In this document: positions 32,972 to 41,581 of the stretch, one piece after another
Layout: each line of letters starts with the position of its first letter
How positions within the stretch are numbered: position 1 is the stretch's first letter
Source of the DNA: Lysobacterales bacterium
GTDB lineage: Bacteria; Pseudomonadota; Gammaproteobacteria; Xanthomonadales; Xanthomonadaceae
Assembly (NCBI GenBank): GCA_038226665.1
Contig: JBBRQI010000003.1
Coordinates: 38,678 to 102,677, forward strand
DNA: 64,000 nucleotides
Direction of reading: 5' to 3'
Program-made: the position numbers and the translations under genes
Notes under the pieces: model-generated
Seen by the model: the letters and a program-made list of their open reading frames with translations, nothing else
What the model was told of the DNA's origin: nothing
Database searches by the model: none

Positions 32972-33787
32972 ATGCAGATGCAGGTTTGCAAGTTGGGTTC
33001 ATTGATCGCGGGCGTGGCTTTGCTGCTGAGTGCCGGCGTGGCGTATACGGCACCGCAACCAGCCGGAGTTTCCTATTACTCGGCAGGGTTGAGCGCGCAA
33101 CTTTTCAGCGACATGCCGACATGGCCGGCATCTGCGGATCTGGCGCGCACCGGCATCGAAGCCGCCGCGCGGTTTGTGCCCAAGGAGGAAACTGCTGCCA
33201 AACGTGCGGACGCCGATTCGCGCATGGCGGCTGCCGCGATGCTGCGCGATCCTGAAGCCGTGGACAGGGATCCCAGCACCCAAGGCGTTGCCGCATGGGA
33301 ACAGTTGATCGCAAGCAACGATTCAGTCAATCCCGACAACGCCAGGATCGATGTGCTGATCAAGCGCATGGACGACATCGCTGACAACTACCACGAACAG
33401 CATGAGCAGCACGAGATGAGCTTCAAGCAGCAAGTCGACCTTCACATGACAAGCTGCGCACAGGTCCGGCAAGTTGCTGCTGAACATACCAACGCCCAGT
33501 ACGCGATTGCACAAGGCGAGAACGCGGCGTTGCGGGGCGTCTACTTCCAGATGCAGGGCGTCATTCGCTCGATCCTCGCCCGCGAGGCGCGCTGGGCGCT
33601 TGCGTACAAAGGGTTGTCGCAACCACGCCAGATCAGCAATCAGGGCACGATAGCGGATCGCCAGAACGAAACGATCACCGCGATTCACCTCATATCGCAG
33701 CTGGTAGGATCACGGCTGGAAAGTGAGATTGAACCCTGGGTCGTCGCGCACGACAAGCTCAAAGAGCCAAGTACCTGTGCCAATTGA
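32972..33787 (+). CDS. hypothetical secreted protein
   Basis: MQMQVCKLGSLIAGVALLLSAGVAYTAP is a signal-like N-terminus. Divergent from the OmpA-family gene. No family recognised. Start uncertain (32960, 32972 or 32978). Confidence 0.5.
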   Translation: MQMQVCKLGSLIAGVALLLSAGVAYTAPQPAGVSYYSAGLSAQLFSDMPTWPASADLARTGIEAAARFVPKEETAAKRADADSRMAAAAMLRDPEAVDRDPSTQGVAAWEQLIASNDSVNPDNARIDVLIKRMDDIADNYHEQHEQHEMSFKQQVDLHMTSCAQVRQVAAEHTNAQYAIAQGENAALRGVYFQMQGVIRSILAREARWALAYKGLSQPRQISNQGTIADRQNETITAIHLISQLVGSRLESEIEPWVVAHDKLKEPSTCAN

Positions 33788-33997
33788 GGATGATGCGCGC
33801 ATGCAACGCCACAACGATTTCCATTCGAGTCTCGGCATGACCACGATCATGGCGCCGCGCGTGCACAGCTCGGTGGATTCAAAGATGCGTCGCGCGGTCC
33901 GGTCGGTGCAGGCGCCGCGGCAATACAGGTCGATCATGAAGCGTTTCCCTCGTGCGTCGAGAGTTACTCACCCGTTTTTCGATTTGACGCTGTTTCA

Positions 33998-35782
33998 TCA
34001 GAATATCGCGACATCCGGTTCCATCAACGGCGCGCAACCGGCACGCACCTGAGCGATCAGCGACGCGCTCTCGGGATACAGTTTCGCGAAATAAAAGCGC
34101 GCCGTGCTGAGCTTGGCCTTGTAGAACGGATCACCGCTGTCGAGTTTCCTGATCGCAACGCCAGCGGAATTGCACCAGGAGAACGAGAACACGAGGTGTC
34201 CGATCACGCGAAGATATGGGACAGCGGCAGCGCCGACCTCGTCTGGATTCTTCGATGCCTTCGCGGCGAGTTCGGCAGTGAGTCTTAGCACTTCGTCCAG
34301 CAACGCAACGAGTGGTGCGGTGAACTCCTGCATCGCCGGATTTTCGTTGTGGGCCGCGACCGCGTCGTGGATGATCCTGCCGAACATCGCGAGCTTGCTA
34401 CCGTCGTCGGCGAGTACCTTGCGGCCGAGCAGGTCGAGCGCCTGCACGGTGTTCGTGCCTTCGTAGATCATGTTGATGCGCGCATCGCGGACGTATTGTT
34501 CTACGCCCGACTCGGCGATGTAGCCGTGGCCGCCATAGACCTGCATCGCGAGCGTCGTCGATTCGTAGCCGTTGTCGGTGATGAATCCCTTGACGACCGG
34601 AGTGAGCAAGGCGACGAGATCGGCGTTGTCGCCGCGTGCCTGCGCGTCCGGATGATAGTGCTCGCGATCGATCGCGAGACCCGCCCAGTAGGTGAAGGTG
34701 CGTGCTGCTTCAACGTAAGCTTTCTGCGTGAGCAACATGCGGCGTACGTCGGGGTGGCAGATGATCGGGTCGGCGGGCTTGTCGTCCGCCTTTGCGCCTG
34801 TCAGCGAGCGACCCTGGATGCGATCCTTCGCGTAGGCCAGCGAATTCTGGTATGCGACTTCGGCGAGTCCGAGCGATTGCATGCCGACGCCGAGGCGCGC
34901 GCTGTTCATCATCACGAACATCGCGTTGAGTCCGCGATTGGGTTCGCCGACCATCCAGCCGCTCGCGCGATCGAGGTTGATCACGCAGGTCGCGTTGCCA
35001 TGAATGCCCATCTTGTGTTCGATCGAACCGCAGGCGACGCCGTTGCGCAAGCCGGCATCGCCATTCGCATCCGGCAGGAATTTCGGCACCACGAACAGCG
35101 AAATTCCCTTGGTACCCGTGGGTGCGTCGGGCACGCGCGCAAGTACGAGGTGGATGATGTTCCGTGACAGGTCGTGTTCACCGGAAGAGATGAAAATCTT
35201 GGTGCCGGTGATCGCATACGAGCCGTCGCCGTTCGGGTCGGCCTTGGTTCGCAGCAGACCGAGATCGGTGCCGCTGTGCGCTTCGGTCAGGCACATGGTT
35301 CCGGTCCATTCGCCAGACACGAGCTTGGGCAGGTACAGATGCTTCAACTCCGGCGTGCCGAATGCGGACAGTGCGTTGTACGCGCCGTGTGACAGCCCCG
35401 GATACATCGCCCACGCCTGGTTCGCGGAGTTCATCATTTCCATGAAGGCACCATGCACGACGTGCGGCAATCCTTGTCCGCCGAATTCGGTAGCCGCGCC
35501 AAGCGAAGGCCAGCCCCCGTCGACGAATTGTCGATACGCTTCCTTGAAACCCGTCGGCGTCGTCACGTTGCCGTTGTCGAATTTGCAGCCTTCGCGATCG
35601 CCGACCTGGTTCAACGGGAACAGGACTTCCGCGCAGAACTTGCCGCCTTCCTCGAGTACGGCATCGATCATGTCGCGATCGATCGCGGCGTACGGCGTCA
35701 GCTTGCGCAGGGCGTTCTCGACACCCAGCAGTTCGTGCAGGACGAACTGCATGTCGCGCAGGGGCGGAGTGTAATGCGGCAT
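33998..35782 (-). CDS. acyl-CoA dehydrogenase (long, about 595-aa FadE-type)
   Basis: 594 aa. MPHYTPPLRDMQFVLHELLG... N-terminal extension, then the ACAD core (...GTMCLTEAHSGTDLG..., ...GGHGYIAESGVEQYVRDARI...). Confidence 0.9.
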   Translation of the reverse strand: MPHYTPPLRDMQFVLHELLGVENALRKLTPYAAIDRDMIDAVLEEGGKFCAEVLFPLNQVGDREGCKFDNGNVTTPTGFKEAYRQFVDGGWPSLGAATEFGGQGLPHVVHGAFMEMMNSANQAWAMYPGLSHGAYNALSAFGTPELKHLYLPKLVSGEWTGTMCLTEAHSGTDLGLLRTKADPNGDGSYAITGTKIFISSGEHDLSRNIIHLVLARVPDAPTGTKGISLFVVPKFLPDANGDAGLRNGVACGSIEHKMGIHGNATCVINLDRASGWMVGEPNRGLNAMFVMMNSARLGVGMQSLGLAEVAYQNSLAYAKDRIQGRSLTGAKADDKPADPIICHPDVRRMLLTQKAYVEAARTFTYWAGLAIDREHYHPDAQARGDNADLVALLTPVVKGFITDNGYESTTLAMQVYGGHGYIAESGVEQYVRDARINMIYEGTNTVQALDLLGRKVLADDGSKLAMFGRIIHDAVAAHNENPAMQEFTAPLVALLDEVLRLTAELAAKASKNPDEVGAAAVPYLRVIGHLVFSFSWCNSAGVAIRKLDSGDPFYKAKLSTARFYFAKLYPESASLIAQVRAGCAPLMEPDVAIF

Positions 35783-35865
35783 GGTGATCTCCTGGAACGA
35801 GCCGGACGCCTAGGATATCGCTGAGCGATGCCGGCGCGAGCAGGGAATGTGGAAAAGCGATACAG

Positions 35866-36528
35866 CTAACCCTCACGCCAACGCATTGCGCCGAGGAAAA
35901 CCAGACGCAGTTGGCGCACGAAGTTCTCCACCAGTTCGCGTTCCTGCTTGGGTCGGTTTTTCGGCAAATCGAGGATGTCGGACGCGGCGTTGAGCATCGT
36001 GGTGACGACGAGGCCGCAGATCATCTGCATGGTGGCGCTGGACAGGTCGGGCAGGGTGCCGAGCGCGCGCATGTCCTGCGCCATCTCGGATGCGAAATGG
36101 CTTTCCTCAGTGCGGATCGCATCGCGCAACAGGCGCGATCCGCCGCCGCGCTCGCTCGCGATGAAGCGGAACACGAGGCTGCGTTCCTCGACGAAGCGTT
36201 TATAGATCAACACCGACCCGCGTAGCATGTGCGTTGGCGGAATGCCGTCGCGACGCGCCTCGCGCAGCAGACGTCGCAAGGCGGCCCCGCCCATTTCGAC
36301 CAGAGCGAGGCCGAGTTCGTCGAGGTCGCGGTAGTGGCGGTAGAAGGCGGCGGGAACAATGCCGGCCTCGCGCGCGATCTCGCGCAGGCTTAATGACGAG
36401 AATCCCCGGCCCTCGCCGATCAGCGCGAGCGCCGCATCGATCAAGCGCTGGCGCGTGCGTTCTTTCTGCTCGACGCGTGTGGTCGGGACGTCGGTTGCGC
36501 TACGCGCGGGCGCTTTGCTAGCTGGCAC
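35866..36528 (-). CDS. TetR-family transcriptional regulator (DesT/FabR-like)
   Basis: 220 aa. HTH region RQRLIDAALALIGEGRGFSSLSLREIAREAGIVPAAFYRHY. Divergent from an oxidoreductase-desaturase pair, as in P. aeruginosa desT-desCB. Confidence 0.8.
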   Translation of the reverse strand: MPASKAPARSATDVPTTRVEQKERTRQRLIDAALALIGEGRGFSSLSLREIAREAGIVPAAFYRHYRDLDELGLALVEMGGAALRRLLREARRDGIPPTHMLRGSVLIYKRFVEERSLVFRFIASERGGGSRLLRDAIRTEESHFASEMAQDMRALGTLPDLSSATMQMICGLVVTTMLNAASDILDLPKNRPKQERELVENFVRQLRLVFLGAMRWREG

Positions 36529-36628
36529 AGGGTTCTCCAGTGATCAGGCGCGCCGCCAGGAGGCTGAACGCAAAGTATAGGCTGCCGAGTCGTTTGCGGG
36601 ATTGGAGTGGAAACTCAACATGAATTAG

Positions 36629-36644
36629 GTGAACATATGTTCAC
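36629..36644. promoter_or_regulatory. perfect 16-bp palindrome, candidate TetR (DesT-like) operator
   Basis: GTGAACATATGTTCAC is exactly self-complementary. It lies in the 121-bp gap between the TetR gene and the reductase gene. Confidence 0.5.
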
Positions 36645-36649
36645 TCTAA

Positions 36650-37762
36650 GTGAGAATGCGGCCGATGACTACTTCATTATCCCAACCCAGGGACAGCCAT
36701 TCGCGCGTGCGCCGATTCTGGCGGCATCCGTTGTTGGCGCCATTCAATCAGCCCGAGGCATGGAATCGCATCGCAGCAGTGGTGAACCCAGCGTGGTCGC
36801 TGAGCGAGCCACGTGCACGCGTCGTACGCGTGGTCGACGAAGCACCCGGTGTGAGGAGTCTCTGGCTCAAACCCAACAAACGTTTCGGCAATTTTCGACC
36901 GGGCCAGCATGTGCTGCTGGAACTCGAAATCAATGGCGCGCGCCATGCGCGTTGCTTCAGCGTGTCGAATGCGCCGCGCAGTAATGGCTTGCTGCGGTTG
37001 ACCATCAAGCGCAAGGACAACGGCCCGGTATCGACTGCCGCGCACGCATTGCAGACGGGGCAGGTCGTGCGCCTTGGCATGGCACAAGGCACATTTGCCC
37101 CAAGTGCGACTAGCGGCAAGTTGCTGTTGCTTGGCGCGGGCAGCGGCATGACGCCGATGCTGTCGGTATTGCATGGACTCGCCAACCAAGGCTTGACTCG
37201 CGACGTGATGTTGCTGCAATGCGGTCGATCAGCAGCCGACATGCTCTTTGCGGGCGAGTTGTTGGAGCTGTCGGCGCGCATGCCGCAGCTGCGCGTGCAT
37301 CTGCATGCCACTGCATCGCAAGGTCGACTGGATGCCAAGAAAATAGCCGCGCTTGTACCCGACTGGAGCGAACGTGAAACCTTGCTCTGCGGTCCGGATG
37401 GATTCATGCGCGTCGTCGAGACGATGTATGCGGATGCTGGCGTTGGTGATCGCCTGCTGAGCGAAAGCTTTGGCCGCCGCGCCGCACCGTTCGCTCCGGA
37501 TGCAAGCTCTCATGCCGTGATTCATGGGAATCATGAACAGATGTTCACTGTATTTGCTGGCCAGAGCCTGCTCGATGGCGCCGAGGCTGCAGGTCTTGCG
37601 CCGCGTTTCGGGTGCCGGCGCGGAATCTGCCGTACCTGCCAATGCCGCAAACGCAGCGGCACGGTCTTGAACCTGCTGACCGGCCACATCTCGGGGCCGG
37701 GTGACGAACTGATTCAACTTTGCATCTCCACTCCACAAAGCGCTGTCGAACTGGCGCTGTGA
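36650..37762 (+). CDS. ferredoxin-NAD(P) reductase-type oxidoreductase with a C-terminal 2Fe-2S domain (DesC-like)
   Basis: 370 aa. FAD-binding RCFSVSN, NAD-binding LLLGAGSGMTP, and C-terminal CRRGICRTCQC ferredoxin cysteines. Start uncertain: GTG 36650, ATG 36656 or ATG 36665. Confidence 0.8.
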   Translation: MRMRPMTTSLSQPRDSHSRVRRFWRHPLLAPFNQPEAWNRIAAVVNPAWSLSEPRARVVRVVDEAPGVRSLWLKPNKRFGNFRPGQHVLLELEINGARHARCFSVSNAPRSNGLLRLTIKRKDNGPVSTAAHALQTGQVVRLGMAQGTFAPSATSGKLLLLGAGSGMTPMLSVLHGLANQGLTRDVMLLQCGRSAADMLFAGELLELSARMPQLRVHLHATASQGRLDAKKIAALVPDWSERETLLCGPDGFMRVVETMYADAGVGDRLLSESFGRRAAPFAPDASSHAVIHGNHEQMFTVFAGQSLLDGAEAAGLAPRFGCRRGICRTCQCRKRSGTVLNLLTGHISGPGDELIQLCISTPQSAVELAL

Positions 37763-37794
37763 CTTCGAGGCCTGCACATGTTCGAGAAATTGCA

Positions 37795-38880
37795 ATGATC
37801 ACGAAAACCCGCATGGACACCGAGACGCTCGCGCGCTTCGAGGCTGAAATCGATGCACTGCGCCTCGAAGTGCTTGCCGATATCGGCGAACGCGACGCGC
37901 GCCATATCCACCGCATGCGCCACATCGTGCAGGGCCTGGCAATTTCCGGCCGCGGGTTGTTGATGTTCGGCGTTGGCCCGATCAGCTGGGTCGGAGGCGT
38001 CATCGGGCTCGCTCTCGCGAAGATCATCGAGAACATGGAGGTCGGCCACAACGTGATGCACGGCCAGTACGACTGGATGAACGATCCATCGCTGCATTCG
38101 CAGACCTACGAGTGGGACATCGTCTGCGATGGCGATCATTGGCGGCATTCGCACAACGTGGAGCACCACAACCACACCAACATCATCGGCAAGGATCACG
38201 ATTTCGGCTACGGCATGCTGCGCCTGAGCGAACAGCAGAGGTGGTCGAAATACAATTTGTTGCAGCCGTTGTGGTACCTGCTGCTAGCGATGAATTTCCA
38301 ATGGGGCGTCGCGGTTCACGACATCAAGATCGGCCGTTTCGTGAAAGGCCGCATGAAGAAGGACGAATTCCGCGAACGCATGCGCCCGTTCCTGCGCAAG
38401 GCCGGCCGCCAGTTGTTCAAGGACTACGTGCTGTTCCCGGCGCTGGCCTTCTGGCAATGGCCGCGCGTGTTGCTTGGTAACCTTGTCGCAAACGGAATCC
38501 GCAACCTGTGGACCAACGCGATCATCTTCTGCGGGCACTTCACCGAGAACGTGCAGACCTACACGATGAAGGAGGTCGCCAACGAAAACAGCGGCCAGTG
38601 GTATCTGCGGCAGATCCACGGATCAAGCAACCTTGAAGGCAGTCGAATCTTTCACCTGCTGACCGGACAACTCAGCCGCCAGATCGAGCACCACCTGTTT
38701 CCGGATTTGCCGGCGACGCGCTACGCCGAAATGGCCCCGAAGGTGCGTGACATCTGCGTGCGTTACGGCGTGCACTACAACTCGGGAAGTTTCTGGAAGC
38801 AGTACGCGGGCGTGCTTGGGCGCTTGTTCCGGCATGCCTTGCCAACCAGGCGTCGATCGGGCGCAGTGCAGGCCGCATAA
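37795..38880 (+). CDS. acyl-CoA/fatty-acid desaturase (DesB-like)
   Basis: Internal ATG of ORF 37720..38880. Three histidine boxes: HNVMHG, HWRHSHNVEHH and QIEHHLFPD. Confidence 0.88.
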   Translation: MITKTRMDTETLARFEAEIDALRLEVLADIGERDARHIHRMRHIVQGLAISGRGLLMFGVGPISWVGGVIGLALAKIIENMEVGHNVMHGQYDWMNDPSLHSQTYEWDIVCDGDHWRHSHNVEHHNHTNIIGKDHDFGYGMLRLSEQQRWSKYNLLQPLWYLLLAMNFQWGVAVHDIKIGRFVKGRMKKDEFRERMRPFLRKAGRQLFKDYVLFPALAFWQWPRVLLGNLVANGIRNLWTNAIIFCGHFTENVQTYTMKEVANENSGQWYLRQIHGSSNLEGSRIFHLLTGQLSRQIEHHLFPDLPATRYAEMAPKVRDICVRYGVHYNSGSFWKQYAGVLGRLFRHALPTRRRSGAVQAA

Positions 38881-39168
38881 AGGCCACCCAGAGCGCGCCA
38901 AGCCTCCTGTATCAATAGCGACCGGTTCACAAGAAGGGCAGAGGTTTTGTTCTCGACGCTGGCGCTGCGCTTGCGATGTGAATAGTTTGTATCAGCCCAT
39001 ATTCCCATCTTCGCTATTCAGCAAAGATAGGCACTATGAAATTGCTGGCCGACGCCAGGTAGAAAGATGTTCCGAGCACTGCACGGTCCATTGTGGATGA
39101 CACGCCCAAAGCGGTCTTCGATTTGCCGGCGTCCATTGGCAGAATGATCCCGATTGATTCTTCCTCGC

Positions 39169-39197
39169 AAAAAAAATGGGCACGTGAACGTGCCCAT
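39169..39197 (-). terminator. rho-independent terminator of the glycine-zipper gene
   Basis: The minus strand reads atgggcacg-ttca-cgtgcccat followed by T8. Confidence 0.7.
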
Positions 39198-39226
39198 CGA
39201 GCCAGCAAACTCTCAGAGGATCTGGC

Positions 39227-39715
39227 TTATGCCACGGAGTTGTCCACCCTCTGCCATGCTGCACGCGAAGCATCGCGCGCCTGATCCCAATTCAGGCGCG
39301 ACGCGCCCCTGGCCTTCTGCCAATCCGATGCAAGGCGCGGCTCGGCCTTGTCCCACGAAAGATCGCGGTATTCATTGCGGCCCATGAACCCGGCGCGATA
39401 CGCAGGTGCGTAATCGTCGTAGGTGTACTGGCTGTTGTAGTAAGGTTCCTTGCCGTAGGCACTGCGCCAATAGGTTTCTTCCACTGTCGGGTTGATGGCT
39501 TCGCCTGCACTGTGGCCGGCGGCTGCACCGACAATCGCACCTACAACGCCGCCCACGACCGTTCCGACAGGACCGGCCAGCGAACCAGCGGCTGCGCCAG
39601 CGGCAGCGCCACCGAGAGTACCCACCCCAGTGCCAACCGGATGCGAACCCGGAGCGCCCGTGATCGGATCGCGATTCATGGCTTGGGCTTCTGTTTTCTC
39701 GTTTTGATCCTTCAT
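39227..39715 (-). CDS. glycine-zipper stress-type small protein
   Basis: 162 aa. The Gly/Ala/Val-rich segment GVGTLGGAAAGAAAGSLAGPVGTVVGGVVGAIVGAAAG is followed by a Tyr/Trp/Arg-rich tail (...SWDKAEPRLASDWQKARGASRLNWDQARDASRAAWQR). Family assigned by resemblance. Confidence 0.65.
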   Translation of the reverse strand: MKDQNEKTEAQAMNRDPITGAPGSHPVGTGVGTLGGAAAGAAAGSLAGPVGTVVGGVVGAIVGAAAGHSAGEAINPTVEETYWRSAYGKEPYYNSQYTYDDYAPAYRAGFMGRNEYRDLSWDKAEPRLASDWQKARGASRLNWDQARDASRAAWQRVDNSVA

Positions 39716-39878
39716 GGTGTACTCCTAAGTTGTTGGAATGGTCTTGCGTGTTGCTTGTTATCACGATAGTTATGCAGCCACGCAGGAGTCGCATATCGCT
39801 TTTGACGAACCGCGTTCCCCGCAGCAACTATTGCTCGCGCACAATGAATCGATTGCTAACTCTTGATAAACGGAATAA

Positions 39879-39920
39879 CAATTCGTTAAGAATCGAACAA
39901 TTCGTTAAGAATCGAACAAT
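39879..39920. repeat. tandem direct repeat, 19-bp unit x 2.2
   Basis: caattcgttaagaatcgaa occurs at 39879-39897 and again at 39898-39916, followed by caat. It lies in the AT-rich intergenic region between divergent genes. Confidence 0.8.
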
Positions 39921-40084
39921 AAATCTGCATCATCCATGCGCAAGATGCACATGCCTTGAATCGCCGGGTCATCGCGCCGAAAATCAACGCAGCGACTAAT
40001 CGCTGATGTCGATCTCATTGCGGAACGCACCACCACTGCTGTTCTTTTGATGATTGCTTCTGCACTGACTGACAGAGGAACACC

Positions 40085-40501
40085 ATGCCGCGCAAACCAA
40101 ATTCCGCAGCTACATTGGCCGCGCACGTCGCCGCGATTGCGCTGGCCGCACCGCAAGTCGTTTTTGCACGTACTGCACGAATGACGGCGGCTGGCGCAAT
40201 GCCATCACCTCGCGATCGGCGCGAGTTCGAGTTGATGCATACGGAAAAGCTCGCCGCTTTTGGCGATGGCTGGCTGGCGATGTGCGCCGAAGCGATACGC
40301 ATCCAGCAGAATGCTGCCCTGTCGATGTGGAATCCGTCGATGTGGAATCCATGGAGGACGCAATCGTCGAACATCCCCAGGCTCTTCTCACCCGGAGCAT
40401 TGACGCGCGACGTGTTGGCGGTCACGTGCATGGGAATCGCACCGGTGCGCCGCAAGGCGGTCGCCAATGCCAAGCGGTTGGGCAAGGTCAAAAGACGCTG
40501 A
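40085..40501 (+). CDS. phasin-like (PHA-granule-associated type) protein, tentative
   Basis: 138 aa. LAAPQVVFARTARMTAAGAMPSPRDRREFELMHTEKLAAFGDGWLAMC resembles a phasin family I recall from beta- and gammaproteobacteria. Not verified. Confidence 0.45.
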   Translation: MPRKPNSAATLAAHVAAIALAAPQVVFARTARMTAAGAMPSPRDRREFELMHTEKLAAFGDGWLAMCAEAIRIQQNAALSMWNPSMWNPWRTQSSNIPRLFSPGALTRDVLAVTCMGIAPVRRKAVANAKRLGKVKRR

Positions 40502-40682
40502 GTCGTACAGGCCGCCAGCGGCATTTCGGGCCCTGAAAAGCTCCGATCGACACGATTTCGAGTGCAATTGGAACGCAATGAAAGATCGTTTGATCGCGAT
40601 TCAGATAAAGAGGCGTAGCGTCGCTTTACAGGAGCAACACCGCGACTGATGCAATGTCAGTTTGGCTCAAGGAGGAGCAAAG

Positions 40683-40787
40683 ATGCATGCGCTGACCTGT
40701 CACGATGCGGTAGATATTTCGCGAAACGGCTTCCGAGCCTGTGCATGGATCAGACGAATGTGCAGCGTTAGAACGTGCGACAAGTGA
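40683..40787 (+). CDS. candidate 34-aa cysteine-rich small protein
   Basis: ATG preceded by AAGGAGG with a 6-nt spacer. MHALTCHDAVDISRNGFRACAWIRRMCSVRTCDK has 5 Cys. It lies in a 517-bp gap and is below the ORF-track size cut-off. Confidence 0.3.
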   Translation: MHALTCHDAVDISRNGFRACAWIRRMCSVRTCDK

Positions 40788-41018
40788 TCCCGGAATCTCC
40801 CATCATATCGAGAATGGCGACCTCTACCCGAAGCCATCATCACGCACCTTCTTTCTTCTGGCCTCTCCGGGCATGACCATCAGATATGCAATGAAGGTCT
40901 CATGACTTGCGGGATGTCGTGCGGCGACGCAAGTAAATGAAAGCGCTATCGCAATACCAGGTCTGGCTCTCCAGCCACCCTGAAACCCTCAACCAGCAAT
41001 GACAGGAGCAACAACGCC

Positions 41019-41492
41019 ATGGATGCGATTCAACTATTGAAGAAGGATCATGTGACAGTTCGCGGACTGCTCACCGAGCTCGAAGCGACCACGACGAGGG
41101 CTGTCAAGAAACGCGCGGAACTGCTGGCCAAGGTCGACCGCGAGCTCAAGGCGCATACGACGATCGAAGACGAGATCTTCTATCCGGCGTTCAAGGCGGC
41201 TGGCAAGAAGAGCGATGATCAGACGATGTTCTTCGAGGCCAAGGAAGAGCATCGCGCTGCGGGTGATCTCGTGCTTCCGGACCTCCTCGGCACGGATCCT
41301 GCTTCCGACAATTTCAGCGGCCGCGCAAAAGTGCTCAAGGAATTGGTTTTCCACCACGCGAAGGAAGAAGAGCGCGACATGTTTCCGCGTGCCAAGGAAT
41401 TGATGTCCAAGGAGGAACTCCAGGCCTTGGGCGACCAGATGGCCGCGCGCAAGGATGAGCTGCTCGGATCAAAGCCGCGCGCTCGCAAATGA
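41019..41492 (+). CDS. hemerythrin-domain (HHE cation-binding) protein
   Basis: 157 aa. LLKKDHVTVRGLL...HTTIEDEIFYPAF...EEHRAAGDL...HHAKEEERDMFP carries the His/Glu ligand pattern of hemerythrin-like domains. Confidence 0.85.
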   Translation: MDAIQLLKKDHVTVRGLLTELEATTTRAVKKRAELLAKVDRELKAHTTIEDEIFYPAFKAAGKKSDDQTMFFEAKEEHRAAGDLVLPDLLGTDPASDNFSGRAKVLKELVFHHAKEEERDMFPRAKELMSKEELQALGDQMAARKDELLGSKPRARK

Positions 41493-41581
41493 GTACGCCC
41501 CTGTCAGGTTGTTGAAAGACAACCTGCCGATTCCGGAAACGCTCGCAATCCTGCGGCGACTTGGCACATGGGAGTTTGATC

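Noticed and set aside
33710-33937. 75-codon minus-strand ORF (MIDLYCRGACTDRTARR...) with a GAGGGA-like RBS
   Set aside because: It overlaps the 3-prime end of the plus-strand secreted-protein ORF by about 78 nt, has no recognisable family, and is short. It cannot be supported without expression or conservation data and is left as a possibility.
38900-39226. ORFs 39014..39208 (-), 39034..39273 (-) and 39093..39284 (+) in the AT-rich gap after the desaturase
   Set aside because: They overlap each other and the clear T8 terminator hairpin of the glycine-zipper gene (39169-39197). There are no motifs, so this is likely non-coding.
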